In this document: positions 1-12,900 of the stretch, in pieces | Layout: the number at the start of each line of letters is the position of its first letter | Numbering within the stretch: the first letter of the stretch is position 1 | Source of the DNA: Welwitschia mirabilis | Taxonomy: Eukaryota | Reading direction: 5' to 3' | NCBI GenBank assembly: GCA_051453625.1 | Contig: JBOZIK010000001.1 | Span: 28,398,589 to 28,462,588, forward strand | DNA: 64,000 nucleotides | The notes under the pieces: generated by a model | What the model was told of the DNA's origin: nothing | The model's database searches: none | What the model saw: the letters and a program-made list of their open reading frames with translations, nothing else | Program-made: the position numbers and the translations under genes

Positions 1-137
1 AAATTGCCAGTTTATCTAGACATGCAATATAACTTTTGATTTGATTTTGAGATTTTTCTTCCCTGATAATTTGGCATTACAAAGTCCTCTTTTGCTTTGT
101 TTGTCAAGGGACTGACAAAATGCTAGGTGGGGGGCTA

Positions 138-1270
138 TGTTACGATCCTAAATTATCATGTTTTAATATTATAATTGGTGATGTTTTGCAGGGAAGAGGA
201 ACTCAATTTAGTCATTTTTAGACATTTTATCATGATCTGATCTAACATCTAATTATAACATTAATGCCATATTTTTATCTAGAAAGGGGAGAATTCAACT
301 AAGGAACAAAGTGGAACAAAAAATGAAGGAAAAGCCCAACAAAAGGACTATCATCCTAGGTATCGTTCCAATGACAAGAGGCATGACATGAACTCAAAGG
401 AGGCTACCAAAGCTAACATGGGAGACATTGATGTGGACTACTGACATGGCTGTCATGGGCTATGTCATCCCCACGACATAGGAGATGATATAGCTGTTAC
501 TTGCAAATTTGAATAGCAATGGGATTCTGACATGACGATCTGTGATTGGATAATGAAAGGGTGTCATGTCCTATGTCATCCCCATGACGACAATAACACG
601 ACAGTGCTTAACTTCTTCCTAACTGAGTCAATTAGGGTCTAGTTTATGCCTAATGACACCTCTTCACCTGTACTGACCTATCTAACCCATAATCACCTTA
701 GGAAAGCTATAAAAACCCCCATTTGGCCTCATTCAGTCATCTTTTGGCATTGGAGGATTGTGTGTTGAAGGCATCCAAGGATTTAAGGGTCTAATTCAGT
801 AAAGAAGGGATTGTTCTTGGTGTAAAGGCTATGTTTCTGACATTGAGGAGTTACTACCTTGCTGAGGTATTGTAAGACATTCCTTGATTTAATAAAATGT
901 CTTTCTTCTTCTCAAAATTTTATGATTTCTCTTATAATCTCTGTTAAATTTTAGTTAATGCTACTTCCTAGATTAATTCTAAATTAGACACAGGTCATAA
1001 GGACTGAGTTGGGTGACAACAACTCAGAAAACTGGTTATCATAAGCTTGCATTTAATTTCTCTTTTATACTTTGCATTGCACATTAGAATAGTTGCTTGT
1101 CAATTTCCTTTTTACATAAGAAAAACACAAAATTGATTTAAACATTGGACTGAAATTTAAATTATATTCTTTATCATTCATGTGCTTGATTAGATTGTTG
1201 CCTTACACTCTCTAGATTACGACATTCATTGGTCAATTCACCCTATACTAAGCCTAATTGCAATTTCATA
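138..1270 (+). mobile_element. 3' LTR of an Athila-like Ty3/gypsy element (internal region runs off the left edge)
   Basis: PPT-like GGTGGGGGGC followed by TGTTAC at 138. The upstream context GTCAAGGGACTGACAAAATGCTAGGTGGGGGGCTA closely matches the pre-LTR context at 46021-46055, and TGTCATCCCC motifs are shared. The right boundary is approximate. Confidence 0.5.
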
Positions 1271-4200
1271 TTTATAGCATTGATTACTTTTGAAGGATGA
1301 AAAACTACTTTCTTTAATTAAAATAAGAAAAAGTATTATCTAAGGATTAAAAGTACTAGTTACATGCACTAGAAATTGAAAAACTAACAACTATTTTTTA
1401 TATTAAAACTAGGAATGGTCTCACCAAAGGATTAAAAGTACTAGTTACATGCACTTAAGACAAACAACAAGGTGGCATATCTTATATTGATTTTCTAATT
1501 CATTAATGAATATACAAAAAAGAATAGGAGAAAGAAGACAATTTTGCTTCACATGAATGAAGCTATGAAAAATGATAATCTATTGAGAGTTGTGGTCCTG
1601 AATTAGATGTAAACTTCTTGATATAGTTTTTATGCATAGAGGTGCCTTAATATTATTTAGATGTTATTAAAGATTTTTTTCAAATGAATGTTCCCTTACT
1701 TGGATTATTTTCAACATTAATGACAACATGCTTCAAACTAGTTAGATGATCAATTATAGAGTGATGCTATTTAAAACTTCTTTAAAACATTACATAAATT
1801 TGATTCTCCTCTACTTACTTGGGAATTTTTAATTCAAGAATAATTTTCAAAAGTTTAATAAAGATGTTACTATTTATAGTTAATTTATAATTATTGATAT
1901 TAGACTTATTTCATTTCTAAATAATAAATTTATGTTAGTAATGCACTAATTGCTACTCAAAATAGCTTCTAGAGAATACTTTAGTTTACTCAAAACCATT
2001 AATTACATCATAGTCCTACTTCACTATAGCATTTTTGCATTTAAAAAATTTAAATTTATATCTTTTTAAAGGAAAGTATTTTCCAATCTTTCATCACATC
2101 CTTATATGTTAAAGTTAAGCAAGGACTAATGGCCTCTCTCATATTTCACTCTTCTAAAAATAATCATTTCAAAAAAATTTGAACATTCTATAAATACCAC
2201 TCTTATCTTATCTTTTTCTTGTAATGGTAGAATCTCTAAATTTCCCTCTTGTCTTACCTTTTTCCTATAATTCTAAAATCACTAAATGTTCCTAGGTCAC
2301 TTTTTAATAAAGAGAGGAGACTTTACTTGCCTTTTTGTAATAAATGTCTTTTCTTAATTTTGATCAACTTATAGAATTTAAAAGTGTATGATAAGATAGA
2401 GAATTTTAAATATAGTTCATCTTCTTAACATTCTTTATGAAACTAATTCTTATTACTAGTTGGTTTTTCACTATGAACTTGATAGCTTTTTATTTAAATT
2501 TTAACATTTTTAAATTTTAGCTTAAAACTTGAGCTTAAATTCTTTAGTTACATAGGAGGAAACCATCCTTTTATAACATTTATTATGCCAAAAGTTAGTT
2601 AAAAGTAAAAAATATGATAAATATTGTGTGGACTTAACTATTATATCACATACATTTAATTCTCAAATTCCTAGCATATTACTTTGATTAATGATTGGAA
2701 AAGCAATGCTAGATCAACCTTATGAATTGACAAAAGTGAATCATTTCTAATTTGCAAATTTGCTAATTTCATTTAACATTAATATAAGTAGACTTTTTTC
2801 CAACTACAACAAATGTTTTCCTATGAAGTTCGCATCCAAAAAAGAACTATTTCAATCTATAATAATATCCATTTTTAAATAGCCTTAAAAATTTCCTTAA
2901 TTAAAGGAAAACTACTCTAGAGAAATCCTAACATTAAAGTTCCCTAGATGTAAATATCTTTTCTATCTTAAAGTAGGTAACAATATTCATACCTAGTGAT
3001 TAAAAAAAAAAACATTAATATGATATGCCTTCCTACTTATGTAAAATATCATTTCATAGAAAAAAGTATCAAAATGTAAGAAAATAACTCTACCCAATCT
3101 TCAATTAAACAAATTATGTATTATTATCCACATTGTTAATTTTGATAGAATTTTTTAGACTATCATGAATTAAATATCTAAACCTCCAAATGGACATCTT
3201 TATTCTTACTTTCATTTATTTGAAAAACAATAAACCAAAATTGAAGAATTAATAAAAATGAGAAATGATCATTTTCCTACATTTTAGTAATGCCAAACAT
3301 GCAAACTCAGTGCAATTTCAAGAAATAAGTGTACAGATAAAAATTGATTTTTTTTTTTTACTCTCTAATAGTAATAATATACCTCACATCTAAATAAGTA
3401 ATTTTACTTCATTCTCACACTTCTTTAACCTCATTCCATTCTTCATTGTCTTCTTAGTAACTTTCATGTGAGATATTCATTTTCAAATTCCTATAATTAT
3501 CTATTACTTTTTTTTCCCAATTTAGCATATTTGAATTTAATGATAATGTGATGATGTTTATCTTCTTTACATCTTGTTCTATATGCATTGATAGTGGATT
3601 ACTTTATGCTTTCATAATGAATTACTTTAAAACATGAATTTTTACTTCCTATAATTATGAAATTTCTTTAGATAATTGCTTAATTTTTCTTTTAAGAATT
3701 TCCACTAAATGAAGACTCGATTCATTCTCTTAATTGTTATTCTTTTTATTTAAAGTCTTAGAAATCACATAGATAACAATAGATATCTTACCTTTTCTCT
3801 GATTATTCTTCTTAGATATAGCAGAAACTTATATTCCTTGGCATCCAACTCATCTAGATCTCTAAAACTAATATTATACATTTTCTCCATCCACTCTATA
3901 AATTCTTTATTCTAACATTCCATGATACCTAGAAGACGTTCTATGAATACTTAATAACATTATTTAAAAGTTATACTTTTGATACTATGTGTTCTAATTC
4001 ACTAGCCTGAATTTATAAGATTTAGGATGTGTATGCCTTAATGAATCTTAAAAAAGATTAGATGTTTAGGAAATATTCTTTTTTCATTGAACATTTCTTA
4101 GATTATTAGTAGTAATTTTAATAATTTTAAAAATTTAATAATATAATTAGTATGATTTTAAAATGTCTTATGAAGAAAATGTTCAATAGTATAATTTTAA

Positions 4201-4499
4201 GGAAACAGTTTATCTCTTGAATGCCAAATTATTTTTGTTTTTTTGTTTTTTTTTTTTTTGTATTAATCAAATGAAGATTATTTTACTTACATAACTTTAG
4301 TAGAGGACTATAACATATCTTTGGCATATTAGACATGTTTTACCATTATAGTTTATCTTTTTTCAATTATTATAAAAATTAAGTCTATTTGACATTATTA
4401 TTTCTTATCATTTTCCTATTAGTATTCATGTCTTTTTTATTAATTCCTTTAATGATTGAAAAGAAAATAATTTTTTATGTAATTGAAAAAAATTGTGGT

Positions 4500-6346
4500 A
4501 TTAATATTCTTAAATCATTATGAAATGTAGAGCTAATCTTGGTTGGTAATATAAGATGGATTGAATGATGGCATTGAAATACTTGCAAGGTATGGTAAAA
4601 AATGTATTAAGAAAATAAGAAAAAATATTGAATTAAATTAAATTAGTAGAAAGTATTAAAACGAATTAACAAAATTTAATTATCATACTTTTCATATTTT
4701 AGCATTTTAACTTAGATAATATTATCTTTTGCAAGTAATGCTAGGACTTTTTTAAGGGTAAAATTGCTCTTATTAAAAGTTTCATCTCTTGGTTTAAGAG
4801 ATAAGATGAAGCATGTAAGAAATTTTTTAAATTCCTAAAAGGAAATAACTCTTTTTCTAAGTTATAGACTTTTAAAATTAGTGATTATATTATTAAGATC
4901 CTATAATCATAATGAAGTTTTATCTAATCAGTCTTCTTTTATTTTCTTTTTAGAATTTTTGTAACAAGGAGATAAAAAATTGCTAGTAGACATTTTATTA
5001 CACTTATTAAAAAAAGCATCTTACTATTTTTGAAAATAAAATTACTCTTGAAGAAACAAAAGAAATAAAATTTATTTAGGAACTAAAAAGTCCTTACGTA
5101 TTTGAAGATTTTCCTATGGAATTCTACAAAACTCATCATGATACTATTGATAGAGATCCTTTTTATGTTTTTCAAGAGGTTATTCATTAATACTCTATAA
5201 ATAATAGAATTAATATAGATATCATCTCATTTCTTCTTAAATAAGATGATCTTAAGATTGCTAAACATTAGAGGTCCTTTATACCTTTGAATGATGCTTC
5301 TAATATTATTAATTAGATTATTAGACCTAAATGAAATGGCTTTATTAAAGAAAAATATATTCTTAATAATGTAACTAGAGTTTGAAAATATCATTAATGG
5401 GATAATGATACCAATCAATACATGGTTTTTGTTAAGATTGATTATGTCAAAATCAATTATAAAACTAAATAAATTTCATTATTACTTGTCTTGAAAACAT
5501 TTCTTTGGTAAGTACTATATTCATTTTAATTCATAAATTATTTGTTAATTTTAACATTCAAGTTGCTACAAATCTTAATTAAGTTACTTCTTTTCTTTCT
5601 AAATATTAGTTTGTTATGGCTCTCCTTTAGTCCCTTATTTATTTAGTAGTGTTGCATAATTTCTTTTACATAATATTTATCAAGATCTTAAATGCAATCT
5701 TTGTAAAGAAATTTATTATTCCAGTCTTTACTTATATAAGATGCAGTTTAGAGATGATCCTTTTTTAGTAATTAACAATAATCCTTAGTATCTAAACTAG
5801 CTATTATCTCATTTTTATAAATATTTCAAACAATTTGTATGTCATATAAACTTAAAAAAATATTTTAATTACTATGATAATAATGTCAAAGATATGTTCT
5901 TTACAAGAACTGGATAACTTTTAGATAAAAATGCTTAGGTATTAGGGATTCCCTTTTCTTTGAAACTAATAGTAAGCAGTTATACTATTAATAAAGTAGA
6001 AAATAAGTTAAATAAATAGAAGGAGTCTTACACTTAGAAGAAAAGTTTTAGTAATGAAATATATACTCTAAACTACACATGATTATTACTCTTCTTAATC
6101 AATTTTTTCAACCTTTTCTATAGTTTGGAAATCAAACAAAAAATTGTCTTCCTAGAATAGCTTGAAAATTTTTCACCTACATAAAAAAGATGGAGGTTTT
6201 GGTCTTATTAGTTAGCATAAACAATAAACTTTGTTATGCTATAAATGAATCACAAAATGTTTAATAATAATGATTCTTAAGGAGTTATCTTTAGAAATAG
6301 AAATAATCAAAAAACATAAAAACTTGGATAGTTAACATGATAATGG
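4500..6346 (+). mobile_element. Old, heavily decayed L1-like LINE ORF2 (RT region)
   Basis: Degenerate RT motifs occur in the expected order: IRPK*NGFIKE (~5320), KIDY (~5433), GSPLVPYLF (~5620), QFRDD (~5745, FADD-like), RYLGIP-like (~5940), KKDGGFGL (~6185). There are many stops and frameshifts. The left boundary is approximate. Confidence 0.55.
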
Positions 6347-9131
6347 TGTTGTTTTATCATGTTTCCTCCCCTTATTGCACTACCAATTAATGGTTATTTG
6401 ATGGGGTTTTATAAGCTGTTTTATAAGACATTTGCATAGGTTTAGGTGCAATTTTGAGGATTTTGAAGAATCGATAGAAGATCTTGGAAATGTGTAATTC
6501 TTAGCAAGATTTAATCCATTTAATGCACTTTTTGATACACAGAGCTTTAGAGGAAGATTTCTATAGAAGAGAATAGCTTTTGTTGATTTGGATGAATAAG
6601 AAGATTGTCGTCCCCTCTGTCGTCTAGATGACAGATAGGACAATGACATGATTAACTACTGATGTGGACTGCTAAATTCCTTGCCAAGTCATCTCTTGAG
6701 TCAGCTATTATAATGACTTTTTTTTTTGGAATATGAAATTGAGATTTAATTTCCATTAAAAAAGTCCATACCCTTGCATATAATAAAAGATAGGGGAGTT
6801 TCATCCCCTGTAAGATCTAATCAAAGGTTTAAAAACAAGTAAGGCCTGAAACAATGATTAAGCAATAATAGACATTACATCTTATAATGTTGTACAACTT
6901 ACATAGTAGACATGATACCAAACCTATTATCTAATGTTTTTCCATCCTTTTGCCTGCTAGCTTTCGCATTTGTAATGAAATCCTGGTAGCAGATCTGCAT
7001 AATCGGGAACATATGTTGTCATATGAAGCTGTAAAACTAGTAAATTTTTGCTAAGGAAAATCTATTCTTTGCTCTAAAAATTTTATCCAACCCTTAACCT
7101 CTCATCAAGTTGAGAACTTTGTGACCAGAATTCATACCACTGAGGAATGTGGACATGATCAAAACCGAAGGCATGCCAATTGCAAATCAATTGTTTCTGT
7201 TCAGATCAAGCTTAACCCGTGTTCTGAGTTAATTTTCTGCCTACTTTACCAAATAAGATATATAAGAGTGCCTTAGATGCATTAAATGCTTTCATTAATC
7301 TACACTTGATAACTAAACTATAGAGGTAGTTGCTAANNNNNNNNNNNNNNNNNNNNNNNNNNNNNNNNNNNNNNNNNNNNNNNNNNNNNNNNNNNNNNNN
7401 NNNNNNNNNNNNNNNNNNNNNNNNNNNNNNNNNNNNTTGATAACTAAACTATAGAGGTAGTTGCTAAAGGATTGACCTATCTGTGTTTCATTTCGACTGT
7501 GTCCCTCCTATCTGAAAACCATTGGGGGCCTCTTCCCTAGATCTTTAGAATCTAGAGACTAGGTTGGGGGCTACAATTCTCTTCCTCATGAACTGAAGGG
7601 AGATTCCCATTAGATGACACCATCTATGATTTTTTAGGGTATCTTTTAGCTTTTGGATTGACTTCAAATTGATGTCTAACTAACTTTGGAGATTCCTGAT
7701 CAGAACCTAAGCATTAAAATCTGTATTCTTAAAAATCTTTGCATTGCTACTATGCCAGATTAAATAAATACTTGCATAAATTAAAGATTGTATGATACAA
7801 TGGCAGGTGGATCTAGATTTGAAATGATGGTTAACCCAATGCATTAAAGTTGTCCAGTTACTTGAAAGAAGTTAAAAGTAAACTAGTTTTAAAACTTGTT
7901 GAAGAAAGTTGAAGCTGAAGGAGCATTCGAAGAAGAGGTAGTCCTTTCTTTCAATGGCCTTCTTAAAAAAATACATCACACATCTATCTGGGTACCAAAC
8001 CTGTCTAGCCTTTTTTTGGTAGAGAGCCTATTCATGAAAGTCAATCAAACTATGAATGAGTGTTTAGGGATGACATATCTATTCTAGACTATGAAGTACC
8101 AATTAGCATGAAGATATTGTCCACATAATTGAGAATAAGTAGAGCTAGTGGAGAATGAAGGACCTAGCACTTTTCAGATTACAGGGTTTGATGCTGAATG
8201 AATGCATGTCTCTGCTAGGAATCTCATTTTCATCACTTTTCTTAAGACCCAAGATGTGGACTACTTTATACGATATTGCCATACATTTGAATGATTAAAA
8301 TAATATTCGTGGCATTATTTTACCCATAGGATGTCCTCCTTTAAAGCAAGATCCCACAATTTTGTCAAGATTAAAGCCTTATTCATCTTTATAAGATCCA
8401 TTAGACATTTAGATAATAGTCAAGATGACACTGACATTGTAACCTACTCTGACAGTCAACCTTTAATCATTTCATCTGTTTCTTATCTATAAAGGAGAAT
8501 GTATTGTAGTACCGTCTGTTTGTCATTTTCTGCTATATTTTTTATAAATAAGTTCCACTCCGATTCCCCTACCTATCTTCACTACACTGGAGATTCTTAT
8601 GATAGGAGATTGAAGGGCAAGAGATCCATCTCGAGTGTTGCAGAAAGACATTCCCTTAGTGGAGGGTTTTGTATCCTTCATTGAGGTCTGGCTATTTTGT
8701 AACTCAGATGTTATTACTCTTTAATATAAACTCTATTTTCTTTATTGGATATTAGATTATTTGATGTCCGTTATGGTTTATGTTACCATTGATCTAGTGA
8801 CAATTTCTAAGACGATATAGATCATCAAGGGCAGCCTTTGTTTATGCTAAAAGGAAGTAGCTTAGTTTCATTCTGCATTGCATTTAGATTTAGTTGTATT
8901 TTTGCATTTGCATTGCATCTTTACTTTTCTACATTGTTCTTTAGTTCTATTTACTTAATTTCTTTGTGAAAAGCAATTCAAGTCTCATCCCATAATCTTC
9001 AATGAGAATACGAAATTCAAGTTAACTTCTGCTCATACTAGTGTGTTGTATTGTGTGAGAAATCTATTTAATTTTATGAATAACAAAATCCTTTTTAGTA
9101 TAAAACACTTGAACAAATACACACCACAACA
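6347..9131 (+). mobile_element. Solo-type Athila-like LTR split by a LINE insertion (pieces 6347-6717 and ~8408-9131)
   Basis: Starts TGTTGTTTTATCA and ends ...CACCACAACA. Both pieces align colinearly with the LTR at 46056-47138 (e.g. CATAGGTTTAGGTGCAATT, TAGAAGATCTTG, AAGCAATTCAAGTCTCATC). No TSD seen. Confidence 0.7.
6718..8406 (-). mobile_element. 5'-truncated L1-like LINE (ORF2 C-terminus, zf-RVT, 3' UTR, poly-A)
   Basis: Poly-T at 6718-6728. Minus strand reads MNKALILTKLWDLALKEDILWVK (~8320-8390), homologous to 36620-36690, and MNRLSTKK...DYLFFEC (~7920-8035, zf-RVT). Confidence 0.75.
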
Positions 9132-10758
9132 AACCCCTCCACCAAGGCCCCTCCAAGCCTCTTTCTATTTTAAGATATTTTTATTTAAAAATAAATTTAA
9201 AATTTTTCAAGTTTTATTAGTAATTATTGGAAATACAAGCACTTAATGAAGATCTATGAGTCATTCATTTACCTGCATTATGTTTCACTTAGAAGAAATT
9301 AGGAATTATTATTATTTATTATTTTCACTTGAATAGAAGACAGTTAACTTAGCTGAAAGCACCTAACCTTTATAGTCTTAATAAATATTTCAAGAAAAAA
9401 ACTTAAGTCTTATAAGAAATTGGATAGATTTCTCAATATGGATAAAACTTGTAGGAAGAATAATTAGTACTTATTTATAATATCTAGGATTTTCTTCTCT
9501 AAAATGTCCTTTTATTTTGATCATTCTTTCTTTCATCATACAGTTACTTAGAATGCATGAAGCTAGAGTTTTCCTTTTTTTGCTAATTTCCAACTAACCA
9601 TTACACATATTTCTTTTCAGAAACATTCAAGATTTATAATTTCCTTGTTCTCTTTAATATCTCTTTTTGAACTTTAGTCCTATATCACATTTGGAAGCTT
9701 TTTGGTAAAATAACTTCTAGATTTACAAAAAATAAATTTTTGATCCAACAAAATGAAATTGTCAACTCTAGTTTCAAGATAACAAATAATATAAATGAGG
9801 AAAATTTGATATAGTTCTTACACTACTAACTTGACTCTTTTTTATTATGGTTTTGTTTCCTATTTTAGGTTTTCATTTTTAAATGTTGATGACTTTAGAT
9901 CATTTTCTCATGCACTAGTGAATTTATTCATCTCCAATCCACTTATCTATACTAATAGTTTTTGTTTTTAATAAAATAAGTTGTTGAGGTATGACTTCTT
10001 TCCTTACCTCTCAAATTTCTCCTAACTTCTTATAAAACATTAAGTTGTAACCCCTTTGAAACTAGTTTTCAAAGAGCGTGAAGTTATACGAGGAAGCACT
10101 GTAACCTATGGTAGAAATCTTAGATCTTAATCCGCATAACGTGCAACCTTAAAAACATAGAGATGGAAAAGAATTGCTCATTCCACGATGTAAAGATACA
10201 TCATTATGTGCTTTCCTATGAATAAATATTCAATAAATGACCTTAGCCTTAGAGGGGATGATTACAATATGAATGTAAGTGATTTGAATGCCCTAATTGG
10301 AATGTCTGTAGGTTCAAGCCCATGACTTTTTAAATAGAAGACAGAGGCTCGCATTGGTTGGACTACCATTCAAATTGTGAATCCAAGGTATATCGAAATA
10401 GAGTTAATCATTGTGAAAAGTCCTCCAATTTGTTTCAACAATAGAATAAATACATTTTTCAATACAAGGTGCATAGAAGTAGAGATAATCATGATAAAAA
10501 GATCTCCAATTTCTTTCAAACATAACATGAATAAAGTTTACCAATGGCTACAAATTTTCAAGGAGAAAATTCTACTACTTTGTTTTTATATTATACCCAC
10601 AACTATACGATATGTAATACTTAAGGCTAGATAACAACTTTTTTGACACTGTATAGAAAATTCTTCATTTCGGTAATTTTTTTCCTTTTTGAATGTACTC
10701 TTAGAAAGAAACTATCCTCATTATCGGAACTTGCTTTCCCAACCAAATTAAAGAAACC

Positions 10759-11733
10759 CTAATTTGTATCTATGGAATCGGAGAATTCCTCTTCAGAGAG
10801 TGGCGGAGTCAAATTCAAATCCGGCAGACTAAGCCTCTTTTTTGGCGACGGTTTTCCTTCCGGATGCTCCGTAACTTCTACGTGTAGCGCAGCCTTCACC
10901 TCGACTTGCACGCTCACTGTGGCAGCTGCAGCTGAACTGTCGTTCAAACTTGTCTGCAGACACTCGTTGCTGCTGTTATCGTTACGAAGAGCAGAAGAGC
11001 GGTTATTGTTGTTCACAAAAGTAGAAGGCTTGTGTGTATCTAGAGCTGCGCATAGATGAAGAGACAGAGACGGCGACGCGGAAACGGCATGAGATCTCTT
11101 CTTATGCCCGCCGAACATCTGACCAGACGAATACCTGCTTCTGCGAATCGAAGAGTTATGATAACGCATCGACGATTCGTCTGCAGTAGCGGAGGAAGAA
11201 TGCGAAATCTCATGCTGGACATTACTAAGATTTTGGCTGATGCTCGCGTCCGGACACTGTTGTCGCAACTTCTTTAAACAGCTTGAGCGATGTCCGCCGA
11301 GCGCCTTCGAAGATGGTAACCTGCGTCCGCATGTCACGCATTCGAAGTGCTTTTCGGCAGGCCGAGAAGGAGGAAAAAACGCCGAATATTTCGCCTGGAG
11401 CGCCTTAGACTCCTCCTGAGTCTTGGCCTTAACTGAAAAGTTTATCATAGAAGTTTCTTTACTGTCATCCGGCGATCGGATTCCTTCAACTTCACGTGCT
11501 GCCTCCACCAGGAGCATCAGAGTATCTGAATCTTGTCTACTTTCTCTGTCACGATAGTCATGGGCATCAGAGTTACAGAGATGATCAGCAGAAGTATCGG
11601 CGCCTTTACGTGTAGGAATAGGAGAGGAAACCGACGACAGTTGATCTTCCCGAAAAGAAGGAGAAGGTTGTTCAATTTTTAGCGCTCCAGACCGCTGCCT
11701 TTTTGGGAATCCAACCTCAAGACGTTTTGCCAT
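10759..11733 (-). CDS. C2H2 zinc-finger EAR-motif repressor of the ZAT/EPF (C1-2i-like) family, with degenerate fingers
   Basis: Open 324-aa frame from MAKRL, inside the 393-aa ORF. It contains a basic KRQRS motif, an L-box-like DTLMLL, finger 1 FECVTCGRRLPSSKALGGHRSSC, a finger-2 relic YHNSSIRRSRYSSGQMFGGHKKRSH, and a C-terminal EAR/DLN box LPDLNLTP. CpG-rich. The ATG at 11733 lies just after a TTTGCAG acceptor. Confidence 0.85.
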   Translation of the reverse strand: MAKRLEVGFPKRQRSGALKIEQPSPSFREDQLSSVSSPIPTRKGADTSADHLCNSDAHDYRDRESRQDSDTLMLLVEAAREVEGIRSPDDSKETSMINFSVKAKTQEESKALQAKYSAFFPPSRPAEKHFECVTCGRRLPSSKALGGHRSSCLKKLRQQCPDASISQNLSNVQHEISHSSSATADESSMRYHNSSIRRSRYSSGQMFGGHKKRSHAVSASPSLSLHLCAALDTHKPSTFVNNNNRSSALRNDNSSNECLQTSLNDSSAAAATVSVQVEVKAALHVEVTEHPEGKPSPKKRLSLPDLNLTPPLSEEEFSDSIDTN

Positions 11734-11735
11734 TC

Positions 11736-11835
11736 CTGCAAACAAATTAGCCACTGTTGACAAGAAGAAAAAGGGAGCTGCAACAGAAGAATGTCGAAGA
11801 ATACGAGAGACCCTGCATCTCTTTAAGTACTGTAC
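11736..11835 (-). other. Putative 100-nt intron just upstream of the zinc-finger start codon
   Basis: GAGG|GTACAG donor, pyrimidine-rich body, CTAAT branch-like motif, TTTGCAG|GAATG acceptor. Confidence 0.55.
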
Positions 11836-11972
11836 CCTCAATGGCGTGGAGCTTTCACTTTCGTTGTCAAGTATGGTGAAAGTACAGTGGAAAGTGGAAG
11901 TACAGCACACATAACCGCACTTGTATGTCTTTGTTACCATTTATATCTATGTGAAGACTTATTAAAAATGGA

Positions 11973-12028
11973 AAAATCAAAATAAAATATGTGCCTTAAA
12001 AAATCAAAATAAAATATGTGCCTTAAAA
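11973..12028. repeat. Perfect tandem duplication of ~27 bp (AAAAATCAAAATAAAATATGTGCCTTAAA x2)
   Basis: Directly visible in the sequence. Confidence 0.9.
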
Positions 12029-12289
12029 CCTGTTAATGTGTGACTCTCTGCATGTCAAACATTTTACAGCTATTCTGGCGTTTCACAAAGATTTTTCTTT
12101 TTTTAACCTTTTTTCCATTTATGAGCCTTCAAAATTTATAATTGCTTTTCTTAATGTCTTGTGGCCATTCAAGGATATCAATTTTTCTTCTAATTTTGAC
12201 TTGTTAGACAGGTTTAACTTTCACTGATGGGCTTCGCTTTTCCTTGTTTTCATTATCATCATCACATAAAATCTTTTCTCAACTCAACG

Positions 12290-12900
12290 TACTTGTTGCT
12301 TATCGTCAAGCAGATATCGGAGAATATTCATGCATCGAAGATGATCTTTGATTGCATTCTTATCGCTTCCAATATGCGCGCCCCTCACTTTGCGGACCTC
12401 GGCAGACACGCCGGCGGATCAAGAAAAGGGAACACAGCCAAAACGCCAGAGCAGAAAAACAATCGCAAAGGAGAAGAAAAGAATAAGGAGAAGGAGAGAT
12501 GGCAGAAGCGGATGAGGAGAGATTGACAGCCCAAGAACGGGAACGGAGGCGATCGTTAGAGAAGATGACGCAGCAAAAAGAGAGGAACTCAGAACAACGA
12601 AGAGACGTCAAAGAGCTCACAGCGCATCAGAAACGTAGGAGGCAAGGACAATTTAGCAGATCAGCCAAGAGAGCGTTTTAGCGGAGCGCATCAGAAAGGG
12701 GGGAATGTTGAAACGGAGAGGACGGCACTTCGGAGAAAGGTGCCCATAGCGTCGCTGACAAGAGAGACGTCGCATCATAGTCAAGCGGGGCTCTGAAAAC
12801 AATCGGCACGAAACGGACGCGGCCAGAAGGGACGTCAAAGGAACGTTCACAGGAGCGAGTTTGCACGACGACATAACAATGAGGCCACATCACAAAGAAG
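12290..12900 (-). promoter_or_regulatory. CpG-rich island, probably the promoter / 5' UTR exon of the zinc-finger gene
   Basis: Sharp rise in GC and CpG relative to the flanks. CT-rich tracts on the minus strand. Donor-like AA|GTACGT at ~12292 and acceptor-like CACATAG at ~11947. No recognisable protein in any frame. Confidence 0.5.

Noticed and set aside
7306-7467. 31-bp direct repeat flanking the 100-N gap
   Set aside because: Identical sequence abuts both sides of the gap, indicating overlapping contig ends (assembly artefact) rather than biology.
10772-11277. Antisense and alternative-frame ORFs over the zinc-finger gene
   Set aside because: Shadow ORFs of a GC-rich coding sequence.
12227-12681. 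Plus-strand K/E/R-rich ORFs
   Set aside because: Short, low-complexity by-products of a GA-rich strand (a CT-rich 5' UTR on the minus strand); no recognisable domain.
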